In this document: positions 18,554-31,316 of the stretch, in pieces
Position numbering within the stretch: position 1 is the first letter of the stretch
How the letters are laid out: each line of letters opens with the position of its first letter
Assembly (NCBI RefSeq): GCF_000150275.1
Contig: NW_002060943.1
Coordinates: forward strand, 5,042,008 to 5,106,007
Direction of reading: 5' to 3'
Length of the DNA stretch: 64,000 nt
Source: Trichoplax adhaerens
Lineage: Eukaryota > Animalia > Placozoa
Position numbers and translations under genes: made by a program
Notes under the pieces: generated by a model
What the model was told of the DNA's origin: nothing
The model's input: the letters and a program-made list of their open reading frames with translations, nothing else
Database searches by the model: none

Positions 18554-20753
18554 CTAGCCAATTTTCTTCCTGGCAGCAGTGTACCTTTCCATGTACTGTA
18601 AAGAAGAATCAGATATAAAACGAGACATTACTGGTAAGCAAAATACATGCGCTACTAAACTAACTATATAATGCCCATAGCCATACTTGTATTGGATGAA
18701 TAGCAATTACTTGGCGCGCATGCGGTTACTTTACCTTACCTTATCATAACCAGTAGCATCTTGTAATTGCTTCATCTGAAATGAGTTTCCTTCAACAGCC
18801 AATAAAGAAACCGTCGATTCACTTAGCAGTTCTACAGGAATGGAATGGATAGCTAAAGAATTATTTTCGATTCTTAAGACTTTCAATCTAGAACAATTCG
18901 CTATTGACGCAGGTAGATGAGCGATGAGATTGTTATTTAGATTTAGTTCAACGGCCTAAGATTAAAGTAAATGAGCCATCAATAACAGTTAATTAATAAG
19001 ATAACTTCAAGTTCACATGATAATTCGAAAAGGTTAGTAGTTGATAATAATTTAAATCAATACAGTAGATAAAGTAATATCAGCAGTGTGGAGGTGCTTT
19101 TTTTAGGTATGTTATTTTATTGAGCATCATTAAATTTGTTACCATACGTACGCTTAATGTTGTTAAATTGGTTGGTAATTCCTTAATTTTGTTATGAGAT
19201 AAGTCAATCATATCCAGTTGGCGTAGCTCAGTAAGAGCAGTCGGAAAAATAGTAATATCATTATTGGAAAATATGAGCGTCCTAAGGTTCAACAGCTGAT
19301 TAAATTCATTAGGTAGCGCTTTTATTCTGTTATAACTCGAATCAATTTTCTCCAATTTAGCCAATTTGCCTAGAGTTGGGGGCAACTCATCTATAAATTG
19401 AATCAATCATTATATGTAGCTATTTAAACATCATTCCAGGCATAGTTTGGTGGATGATAATTCTAAGGTCAAAAATTTTTCCATGATTTTAGCAGTCTGA
19501 TGGAAAAAATTTAAATTTAAACTTATACCTATTTGATTGTTTGCGACATTTAAATTTTTAAGAAGCGATAACTGGCCTATTACTGCTCCTGGTAAACAAG
19601 TTATCTGATTTTTAGACAAATCGAGAGTACGCAGCTTGAGCTTTGCTTTCAGTATTTCTTCGGGGACCTGTAAATATTTTAGATAGACGAGTACAAACAT
19701 ACGCATAAACCTTTCTTATTATGAAAAGTATGGTATTATCATAACTATCTGTTGAAGTATCTACTTAAGTGTTATACAGTGTATCCGAATAAACAGGTAT
19801 CTGCATGAACAAACAATAAATTATGAATTACTGTATATCTATACGATATATCTATCATATACTATTTTATCAGCTGATTAAAGATATTCAGCATTTTGAA
19901 ATACTGAAATATCAAATCGTACGTCTTCATCATTATAATTATTACCATCCGTTCACATGCTCAAAATGTGTACCGTACTGAAACAGTTACAGTATAGTAG
20001 TACTGGGTACATTGGTTCTTTATCACCACAACTGTAAAAATATCAACATTGATTATAACTATATCATACTGATGATTCTCTGCCGAGTTTCAAGCGTGTT
20101 GATTCAGTCCCTAAATGTACTGCATATATTCAACATTTTTTTTCATTACTGTGTAGTCACCCCCCAAGTAATCCAAAGAGATTGGATAGTATGTTACGCT
20201 GAAGCGGTAGCACTAGTTTAGTTAGTTGCACTTAGCAATTCGCATCATCATTCAGATATCGATGATTCTAGCGGTACAGCTTACTACGATGTGTACTGTA
20301 CTGTGCACAATGTCCATACCACAGTACAGCAGCTATCAACTGCAGACAAGTTTATACTATCCGTAAAAGATTCCAATTGTGTTTATTAACTACAGTATCA
20401 CTAGGCCGATTGCAGTTTGCGAATTTGTGCTTTCATATTGTGTAATATCTTTAGCGCAAATTCAACTGCATCAGACTTCTCGTCACGACTTGGGTAATGG
20501 TTTTCACCGCCATCGTCAATCTTATACAGTACAGTAAACAAGTTGTGATTCGTGGAGTATTGTTGAGTATTGTACTGTAGTCGATTAAATTAAATTAATA
20601 AGTTGGCATCACTTTTGCACGATCTTAATAGATTATAAATTGACCACTAACTTAATTTACCTTTTTAAGTCTAAGCTCCGAAAGCGAGCACACACCAAAC
20701 TTCTGCGCTTTTTCTATTCGAACGTTCAAGGAGCTGCTACTATTGCCACCCAT
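18554..20753 (-). CDS. LRRC57: Leucine-rich repeat-containing protein 57, ~242 aa
   Basis: Exons (minus): 20753-20661, 19667-19529, 19390-19152, 18955-18740, 18595-18554. N-terminus MGGNSSS...EKAQKFGV (myristoylation-type), tandem LRRs, C-terminus LLAVEGNSF...GYDKYMERYTAARKKIG* characteristic of LRRC57. Confidence 0.92.
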
Positions 20754-21364
20754 TTATACGATCTTCATCTCTTCTCCTATTATACAGTACTGTATTATTA
20801 TTCAATAAAAGCACTTGACTACTACAGTATATATACTGTACTGTACACTGTACTCTACAATGAATAACTGCCTTGGTCAAAAGGTATTTTGTCAAGGCTT
20901 TTATTACAAGGTTTTCGGATTAGTAGAGCAATAATGAATTACTACAAGAATCTACAGGAGTCTAAAATCGAGAGTATTCCGAGCTCAAAGGGAAGTGAGA
21001 TCTCTTCTCTACTTCAGATATCCCTACTCTTCTATGAATGCCTATCACCTTTCGGTGTTGGCCGTCTTGACCATTACAATGTTGCTAGTCACATGAGACT
21101 CACATCAATCTTGTACCATAATTAGTCAACCGGCTAATATTAGTCATCAACAATTTCTAATATAGTAGTTATCAATTATGTACCGTACTATTTCTGTTCT
21201 GAGTAACCTAACGTATCAAATATGGCTATTAATTAACATCATCCAATATATTGTAGCTATCCTAAAAATATGGAGTGCCACCTTCCCTACAGTACACTGT
21301 ACTGTACAGTTCCACAGGAACACAGTAGAGTATAGGATATACATTACGTATGATCACTGCCGTA

Positions 21365-21792
21365 CAGTATTACCGTAGTTTATCGGTACGCCTGTTTCTG
21401 TACCTGTACTATACAGTCTACAGTACTATGCATTTTTAGACTGAGTACAGTACGTTACTACTGGACTGTAGGCTGCAGTCATGACGTATGTCCTCTTGGG
21501 AAGCGTGAACATGCGCAGTATGAGTCTCAAACTAGACTCTACTGTAGTACTAAACTCGTTGTTACTGATGCCGATGCAGTATTACCGTAGTTTATCGGTA
21601 CACCTGTTTCTGTACCTGTACAGTGTACAGTACTGTACAGTCTACAGTCTACAGTACATTTTTAGACTGAGTACGATACTACTGGACTGTAGGCTGCAAT
21701 CATGACGTATATCCTCTTGGGAAGCGTGAACATGCGCAGTACCAGTCTCAAACTAGACTCTACTGTAGTACTAAACTCGTTGTTACTGATGC
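21365..21792. repeat. ~210-bp near-identical tandem duplication of a promoter-like segment
   Basis: Copy 1 at 21365-21571, copy 2 at 21577-21792; each has TACAG/CTGTA repeats, ATGACGTA and CATGCGCA. Confidence 0.9.
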
Positions 21793-22207
21793 TCAAGTTG
21801 TACTGCACGCTCGCTATTCACTCCAGACCATAGACTGATCGCTTGAATCAAGTCACTGCCCCTAAACTAAAAAAAATTGATCACTATCGTGCCAGCTCGC
21901 TCAAGGAAAGGCAACGGTGAAATCTGCGACCCCAATCTATCCCATATTATCACGTTTTGGCAATTTTGGACGATACGGTAAGCATTAAAATTGTCATAGT
22001 GTGTGAAGAAATAGTCCAATCATGCTATGGTGTTTGAATCTTGATGTATTTTTGGATACTTTGAATGGTATTGTATAGTCATGATAATAACGGATAATAA
22101 GGTGATTGCTCTGAGTACTCCAAAACTTAGCAGTCTAACTTGGATGGACATGGTCAATCATTGTTGTACTGTCCATCTTTGATATTGGAAACCTTGGACT
22201 GAAAATG

Positions 22208-22229
22208 AATGATGATGATGATGATGATG
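22208..22229. repeat. (ATG/GAT)n microsatellite
   Basis: About 7 trinucleotide units. Confidence 0.85.
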
Positions 22230-25200
22230 TCTGTGTATCTGCTATATCTTGTCTCCTGCTTTTTGTCTCTGATACAATCACCCCCATCCTCACTTACTTT
22301 CATCAACTTGATTTTAAAACGGCATCCGTGATTTGTCAACGAGCGGCCACAGATCGACCCCAATCTCGTCGCAGAGTAAGTAGTTGGTTTATTACCACAT
22401 AATTGAGCAATAAACTGTTCATCACCGTTAAGTAAAGCTAATCTAGATCGACGACATATCCAACTACATTAAGGAGTCTATCAAAGGAGAAATGGACGTC
22501 CTTTAACCATCAATGATGCTGTACTCTACGAGTGTCTATACTTTACTGCTTGAATATCCGACAGTACTACCGATGCTTACTCTCATCAACTTTTTTTCCT
22601 GTTGAACCTTCAATGGAGTACGCATAACCCCAGTTGACAGTCTATACTTGTCATTGATTTGTATGGAGCAAATACGAGTGTACTTTCTCACTCTATTTCC
22701 CCAATTTGGGCAATATCCAATGGAAACTCAGTCTTTTTCCCTTCCTTTCGCCATTCGTTTCATCATTTGTTATAATAATAATTATTAATTATTATTACTA
22801 TGGAGTGTAAAGACTGCCATGTTCAAGGCGTCATTCCGCAGTATTGGTAGTCTAAGGATTTGCTTTCGTTTAGGTCAGACGTCAATAAATTATATGGGTA
22901 GTAGACGGTATACTACTGTACTAGAACAGTCTAATCGTTGGCCTTAACTGTTGAAAACTTTTTCCTCTTCATAACAAGGTCAAGATGATCATATTTTCTT
23001 CACTCACTGCAACTATTTTAAATATCGAAACCCCTCCCATGGCCTGAAGTGACTAAAGTCAAATCCAATATGGTAGAATAGTTCGGATCCATCGCATCAT
23101 AAACACGCATTGCTCAAAATTTTCAAATTACTTTCTTCATGTTTGTCTTAGTTCGGTCTAGTATACAGATTGATCAAATCGTCTTCAAATCAGCCTTAAA
23201 CAAGGCACAAAACGACATCTCCAACAATAGTGTCATGGATTACTAATTTCCCTGAGAATGGGCTATGTAATCCATGATCGCGCCGCCGCCTTATACTTTT
23301 CACAAAGTACAACATCGATCATACAATACAGTATCATCGTGATACTACGTCCATGTAGAGCACTATGTGTTTAGAGAGCAATAATCCTGTCTAACGGACA
23401 GCATTTTTCAGTTATCAGACGGCATGTTAACATGAATTAAAACCCCATTCACACAGTAGGAACATGCGCCAATTATGTAAAGTATTACAAGTATTAACGG
23501 TAATTTGATAAAGTACTCCTGTCTTGATGCTAGTAATAACCTTTCTTGATGTACAGTTTAATAAATAATCAGTTAGCTAGTCGCGATCATTTAGGCCATG
23601 ATATCATTGTCTCAGGCATGACTTATCGCCTACGTATGATGGATAGCCTGGTACCATAGCCGTTAGATAATTGCTTCGCCAAATTTTGCGGTAATAACTA
23701 CAACCAACACTGTCGACCACTATCAATAATATTTGCTTCAAAAAATGCCGACTGTACTCTGTTGTACAGTCGTTTTTTGTAGTGATGTTAAACGGTGGTC
23801 AACATAGAGGATACGTTTATTCTATTCCTAGAACTCAACACGGGTACTTTATGAGTATACAGTACTGGGATGGTATGAATTGAGAAGGCTGTGATATACT
23901 TTATTTTTACTACTTCAATGAAGTGAAACTGAAAGTTTGCAGTAGCTGATGGATTCTCTAGAAATATACGCGCACACGGACAATCCGCTCACTGCCATAT
24001 ATGTGTGCAGTCGATATGCGCCTAGTGATGATGAACTAAATTGCACAACATATAGTACAGTATAGTAGCGATCGACCAGTCGATATAATTTAATTTAATA
24101 TTATGTTATAGTGTGATACATTAATCAATATTACTGAAGAAAGTTACCAACGACTACAAGGTTCGTATATAGAATGATAATGAAGTAATTGAAATTGAAA
24201 CGGTGACGAGAAGTATAAGGGGCTAGTAACACCACACGCGAATCTGTCTTCATACCGTCTACATGGCCAATAAAGCTTGTAATTTGGAGAATAGGGTATC
24301 TCTTCCATCCAATGCTTTCTTGCAGTAATTAGCAATATTAATAGTGTGCATGGACTTCTACCGCTCATACTAACTTGCTTGGTTGTAACACCCGCCAATT
24401 TAGAGTTGACTGTAATCAGATCAAAGTGTCTACACTTACATTATAATTATAAATGCGAGTGTAGATCCAATTGTATAAGAATAGATTGAACATCTGAACA
24501 TTCCGATTAGACCTTAGACAGTTATTTAATAGACAATCTGCCCTACATCCTTCGTCATTTTTGGGCCCAACTTTGTTCATCATTGCCCTATTAAAGTTGT
24601 CCTCTTGGAACTATTTGATAGACTGAGTGTAGAAATGCCATTCCTAATAATACGCTACTAATCCAGATTAGTCATCTTATCGACGTAAACAACATCGATA
24701 TTTTGCATACAAGTCTGGAAAGAAGATTTTCCTTCATACAAGATTTCCAACAAATCCCTTGATATCATCGTTCTTACGACTAAATTACGATTATAATCCT
24801 AAATCTCCCAATTTTCAGAGTTGTCACCGTATTTCTATAGTACATCCAAAAATGTTTTCATTGCTCTGTAGTTACCCACAGTGTTCTATCTGTATACGTG
24901 TAAAGCATTACTTATCATTATCGAAAATTGAAGATACGATAATACCTTACCCGTAAAATCTAATTTCTACCATACAATAAGGATATCTTCGATCGAAATG
25001 CCTTAAAATATACAGTTGAATATCCGCTGATCCTACCAATAGAAAGTTTCTCGAGTTAGTTACCTATTCTTTACAGAATAATGTGGATAAATCTTCATCA
25101 GCTTGTATAAATCTCACATCCTTTTCCACTCTGCAAAGGATCTGTAAACACGATACGGTGCTCCTATTTGTTAAGAAGAAAAATATTCTATCTCGGAGTT

Positions 25201-28200
25201 TCGTTCTAAAATGATAATTATGTATCAATGGGCTGCTATAAGTGAACTTATCCTTGTTCAACTCTATCCAAAAAACCTTAGTCTAACTGTTCTACAGATG
25301 CGTTTGATAGCCATTATAATCGCGCTTGCTCTGGTATGGTAGATGATATCTGATTAACTTTACTCAATTTATACTTGAAAAAGTATTGATCAACTCTCTA
25401 TTATCGTCCTAAGTGTATTTTATCACGATGTGTGTGGAGATAGTAAGGCGTGAAAACTTTATTATTTGCATAGTTGAAATTTAGTGGATACCCGTTGTAG
25501 TTTATTACTGCCAGCCTTTCAGACTTTCTGTAAAAATACTTTCAAGAATTGACTAACACCTATAGAAAATTCATGCTTAGGTTGGTTTCACAAGGTAAAA
25601 CTAGAATGTCATTTGTCCAATGATGTACATCATATTTCAATCTTTTTCACAACTGTATTTGCGTCACATAGGCAGAAATATTATGAAAAATAATAATACT
25701 GATTCCGGTATACTCGTACAGTGTTTAGAATCACCATTGCAGTACTAGTAACTCGATGATTTCCATATTAATGAAAAGGCAAATACAGTGCTCTATATTG
25801 ACTTGAAATTTTGTGATCCTATTAGAATCAGATTGTACATTTTTAGCCAAATAATTACCTTGAAACGTCTTTAATCATGCAGTTTATTTTAATCATCGAG
25901 AGAAAATACAATTCTGCCGACATAATTGTAAAGTCAAAGACGTTGAAAAGAGTAAAAACACTCCATATTCTCTCTCTCATTCCACAACGCCATAATTCGG
26001 TGCTATTGTAAAGTAAAAAGTACAAGTACATATGGTAGGCAAAGTATCACGAGTATAAATTCTATTAGTAGATTATAATTCAACAACTGGTCCACATCCT
26101 ATTACTTGATGACATTTCTGAGATTTCTACCCACTCCACAGTCGTCAAAACAATATCCTCCGACTCTCCAGTTCAGTATATTCAGCACTCTCCGAAAGAT
26201 ATTACGAGCTTGCCTCTAAAATATATCATACGACATATAGTCGCTCGAAACCATCCTTATAAGTACACCAATATAGTCTACGTACTTCCGGGGAAGGATT
26301 TAGAATCGTTTGTCAGAAAATTTGATAGCACGATTGGGACATTGCAATTAATCGTTATAAGGGAGTGGAGGGTCTTTCAACTATTACATCAATAACTTTA
26401 TTTAGTCCTGTCTTCAGTAAATTTAAATAAACATCACATTCAATCAGTGAAGAAGGAGTTTATTTCAACAGGGAAGGAGATACCATAGGGTGTAGCTCAT
26501 CATTTCGCTGTCATAATTAGCCGACAATATTCTACGCTACCTTCGTCGTCTTATTAATCGAAAGTATAATACTCGTATATTACTCTATCCAAATATCCAC
26601 TAATATTGCCAGTTGTGGTATTTATTATTGAAGTAAAATGGTTGCCATGCGTACAATATTACAGTAAAAAAGACAAGCGTTCTACATCTAATGATGGCTA
26701 TAGCGTGCGTGTCTTGCCATCTTGTTGACTATTCCAATTTTGACTTTTATCAATCATTTTAAACTCTGGCCACATTGACTAATTCTGATATTGACTGCGA
26801 CCGCGGTAGTCTATGGTCTTTCGCCTCCTTGCCTAAATTCTTGAATGTGTTGATTTTTTATTCTGTTGTTATGCATTTTTGTCCTTCCATTGATCATATT
26901 TTTAGCATACAAATATGCCTTCTTTTCAGTCACAGTCCACCCACGTTCACTTATTTATTCTTACATTTTCTTCATTAAATTTATATCTCAATTTGCTACC
27001 CGTACAGTATAACGATGGTCTTTGTTTTGAATGAATTTTTGACGATGCTAACTTCAATTGTCTGGCAAGATAATTAATGAAATCCAACCTTGTCAATTGT
27101 TAGTGAAAATTAACAACAGATGGTTTTATTACAAGCACTCTTTTCCAATCTGTTACCATAACTTGAAATACTTCAACTCGATATGGTACTATTTGATCAT
27201 CGGCACAAGTTGCAGTACCCAATCCTGGCTTAGGTACTTTGGTATAAACCAAACTTGCCTGCAAATTGCTATTACAACGTTGTCCAATTTGCCGAGTTTG
27301 AGACTTCTCGAGTATCATTTTACATCGTTCAATTCAGCTTTGAAAGTTTAGCTCATCATTGTGACCCAAGATGTAAATTAAGGCATTACCATGATTGACT
27401 GACTACCTTGCTATTCCACCACCTACGAAGATTTATAGCTTATACTGCTGTATAGATAAGCAGAGGTGCCAGCCCGAGATAGTTGCAAACGTTTATCTGT
27501 GAATCAAGCCCTCAATACACGATATAACATGTATTGTAAAATTATGCTATTAAAATGGCATCGAGATGATTTACAGTTATGCTACACTCAGTCCTCCTAA
27601 TAATTATAATTATTTCAAAGTTAATCAATCACATACAGTACTAGATGATAATCGTCGTCTGATGGAGCAGTCTTACAGTATTGAAGACACTAAATTTAGA
27701 TAGTAGCACTTTCTTGATTTGAACAAAAAATCCGAAGCTTCAAGTATGATCATACCATAAATAGGTGCAGCAAACTTCTATATTATACTTGTATTACTAT
27801 TACGAAGTATAAGAAAAAATATCATCTAATCTCATGAATTATACGGACAATCAATTTTTCAAATTGTTTACGCTGATAAAAATTTAAAATTGTGTCTAGT
27901 CTCATACGTTTACCTTCCTCTTGTGCTTCGAAATTATCGACTAGTTAAATTGATTATTTTTGGGAGATACTTTCCTTTTTCTCTTTTGAAAAAATAGAGT
28001 ATAAATGCTACAGTTATTAAACGGAAAAGAAACTGCTATAATTAACACACAACTGGCTTAGCAATCTTTATTCTATGGAGTTCAGTATAGTCCCATTTAT
28101 TGATTGAACAAGGAAGCCGATGTATACGATTACTTAATTGACAGTGAATCACCAATTATCAAGACTTTTTAACGAAGAAAATGATTCATTATCCTATACA

Positions 28201-29332
28201 GTACTAGCGGCTATTGATTTTTTTTATATTTTAGTGATTAAGAGCATTGAGTAATTAGCATCCGTGTATTCATTTCGTTTAGACTATAAAATTCAAGATT
28301 GCATCTACTGTACTGTATATACAGCCAACTCATATTGAAGAATGCACAGACAGAATGCAGTACTTCTTAATTATTACCATAATTGATTGTTCACAACATG
28401 TCCTGAATATCATTAATACTATTCCAATACAATATGCACGGTGTATTTATTATGAATATATATTATGATGTCACTACCTATTTTTTAAAGTATTGACGCC
28501 GAAACACTGGATTCGTAGACAAATTTTTATAATTAAAAATCCTTCATGATTCATGATGTAATACAATTTGAATTGTGTTTTATCTTCTGCCAAGATTAAA
28601 TCTACCTGGATTACACATACAAATTGTATAGTCACATACTGTGTGATACACGATAGTTGTACTGAGAATAGATAAATATTCTTTTTCTTCGACATTCCTT
28701 GCAGTATTGGCATTTATCAAACAAAACCTGTACACTAGGTTGCTTACTGTAACCGAAAGATATTGCATCGTATCAAAGTTTAGCCTATTTTTCAATTATT
28801 CAACGTAAGAAGTTATTTGAACTCTAGCCTACTTATGAATTACCTAACAAAAGAAATTCATCTTTTTTCCCCCTCCTCGTCAATAACTACAACTTTCAGT
28901 AACTTGCTATGAATGTTCAAGATTATATTGTTTCGCTTTATTTTATTTTTTATAAACTTTTTGACTGTCAAATAACTCCATTTTATAAATTACTATTGAT
29001 ATGTTTGATTCATTTCTATGCCGCCTTTCGTTAAGAACTTATCTTCAATATATCATAGCCGTTAAGTAATATCATCAAAAATCTAGTACTATCTAGTACT
29101 AATGCAGTACTTGTTTTTTTAATTAATCTCAATTGTTTTGGGACATTTATTATGACCAAAAAAAGGCATTTACCAAGATATGATTTATGCTTGCTCCCTA
29201 TATCTTATTATCGTAATATATGTGTAGAATGATAGTTTATTGATTTGTAAAGAAACTATACTGTAATTTTGATTAGTTTGTTTTATTGATTTCACTCTAT
29301 TTTCTAACCACAGTAAATAAAACTGTAACAAA

Positions 29333-31316
29333 ATGGATACGGATACTGACATGAGAAGAGAATTAGAAGGTATGCAAGAAAAAGCCAACAGAGTTACTGA
29401 TGAAGTACGTATTATTAACTACCAAATAATATCAATAAAGCATAATAATACCTAGCAATTTAAAGCATTCAATAATTTTTTTTGATCCTAATTTATCTTT
29501 CAAATATGTTAAGATTTACATATATAACGTATAGTCGTATACCAATTCTCGTCTATTCTTTCTGGCAAAAATTTTTTAATTTTTCTTATTTAAAATCTGT
29601 GTTCACTATCTTTACTTATTCTTATTATTATTTTCTCTTCAAAAACTTATGTATATTAGTCTTTAGAAAGTACGAGAAGAATGGTAGCCTTAACGGAAGA
29701 GGTAATTTATTGTTAATTTTGGCTTTAGTGCACTTTACTGTTCTATAATAGTATTGTTGCCTATAGCAATATACCTTTGAAGTAGCCCTGTACCTACGTT
29801 TTGATAATTTATGTCACGAAAAGAATGTAGCATAAGTATTTAACATGCCTGTATTTAACATAAATTTAGACGCAAGAAGTTGGAATGAGAACATTAGTTA
29901 TGCTGGACGAGCAAGGAGGTTAGCTTACTAGAATGGCTATCAATATCGATAGTTTCTACTTCAACAATTTTTTATTGACTACATGTACTCAATCAAAACT
30001 AGACCGTTATTAATTTTATTTTGTCCTAGTAGTAAATAATGTTACACATAGGAGCACTTGTCGTTGTAATTATAATTTAAAATTGAGTAAAAATTGATTT
30101 TCCAATTGATAAATAAAACATTACTATTTGCAATAGACTGTATTGTTCATCTTAGTTTTAGAAGAGGTTACAATTTTCATAGGCCAATAATTGCTGATTC
30201 GTAAACAATATGTGTTGATACAAACGTAGCAGTAACTAATGATTTACCTTGCTCAAATAGAACAACTTGATCGTATTGAAGAAGGCATGGAGCAAATTAA
30301 TGCTGATATGCGCGAAGCCGAAAAGAACCTGACTGGCTTGGAAAAATGTTGTGGTTTATGCGTTTGTCCATGGAAAAAGTATATACAATTAAATTTATTA
30401 ATCTAATTTAGATATTATATACAGCTATGACCACAAGAGTAGTATAATAATAGCTTCTAGAGTTAAAGTCGTGGATTTATACGATAATTAATCATAAGAA
30501 CCGATTTTTCATATGTTAGGGCAAGAAATTTTGAAAAAAATAAAACCTACAAGGATACTTGGGGAGAACGAGAAGACGGTCCAATTCAAAACCAACCAGG
30601 TTAGAGCCTATAGGAATTGTACTGGCCTCAGCGGTACCTTTATTCTACTACATTGACTATCTACTTACATTTATTTCAACTATAGCCCCAATCTTTACCA
30701 ACACCGGCACATCCCAAGATCGTGGCTATATTAATAAGTAGCTATTTTCAAATTTTTAGATGGATTTCTGTCCTTTTTCCCTGATATACGTTGTACAGCA
30801 TAACTTTAAGTACTAACGGAACATTACTTCAATAGAATTACCAACGACGCTAGAGAAGATGAAATGGACGAAAATCTCAGGTATTTCCTAGAATTTCTCA
30901 CTCTACTGTGATATTTTAGCCGTAATGTAGCTCATACAAATAATTGAACAATAATATGTTATGCAGCTTCTACGAGACAGAGATTTTTAACCTTGCCTCA
31001 CTATCAGATATCTTAAATTCAACGCAATTTTCGTTATAATTATTTCTTGCCAATTGCATCAGCCAAGTTGCTGGCATGATAGGTAACTTAAAGTCGATGG
31101 CACAAGATATGGGTAACGAATTAGATACCCAAAATAAGCAAATCGGTCGCATTGAAAATAAGGTAAGAATACTTTTTTTCTTTCGATTTGGTATCATGAA
31201 TTAGCTAGGATACTAGACGCTTACGCTTATCATTCTTGTTACGTTAGGCTACAATGAACAGTTCACGTATCGATGAAGCTAACGTGAGAGCAACAAATAT
31301 CTTACGCAACCAGTAG
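29333..31316 (+). CDS. SNAP25: SNAP-25 paralog 1 (canonical Qbc-SNARE), ~208 aa
   Basis: Exons 29333-29404, 29660-29701, 29870-29918, 30261-30378, 30520-30599, 30686-30737, 30836-30880, 31063-31162, 31248-31316. [27 protein letters not shown], palmitoylation cluster [41 protein letters not shown]. Confidence 0.95.

Noticed and set aside
22400-29300. Hidden protein gene (ORFs 24144-24398, 27058-27351, 27100-27318)
   Set aside because: No recognisable domain and no consistent exon chain; treated as intron or intergenic, though a divergent gene cannot be excluded.
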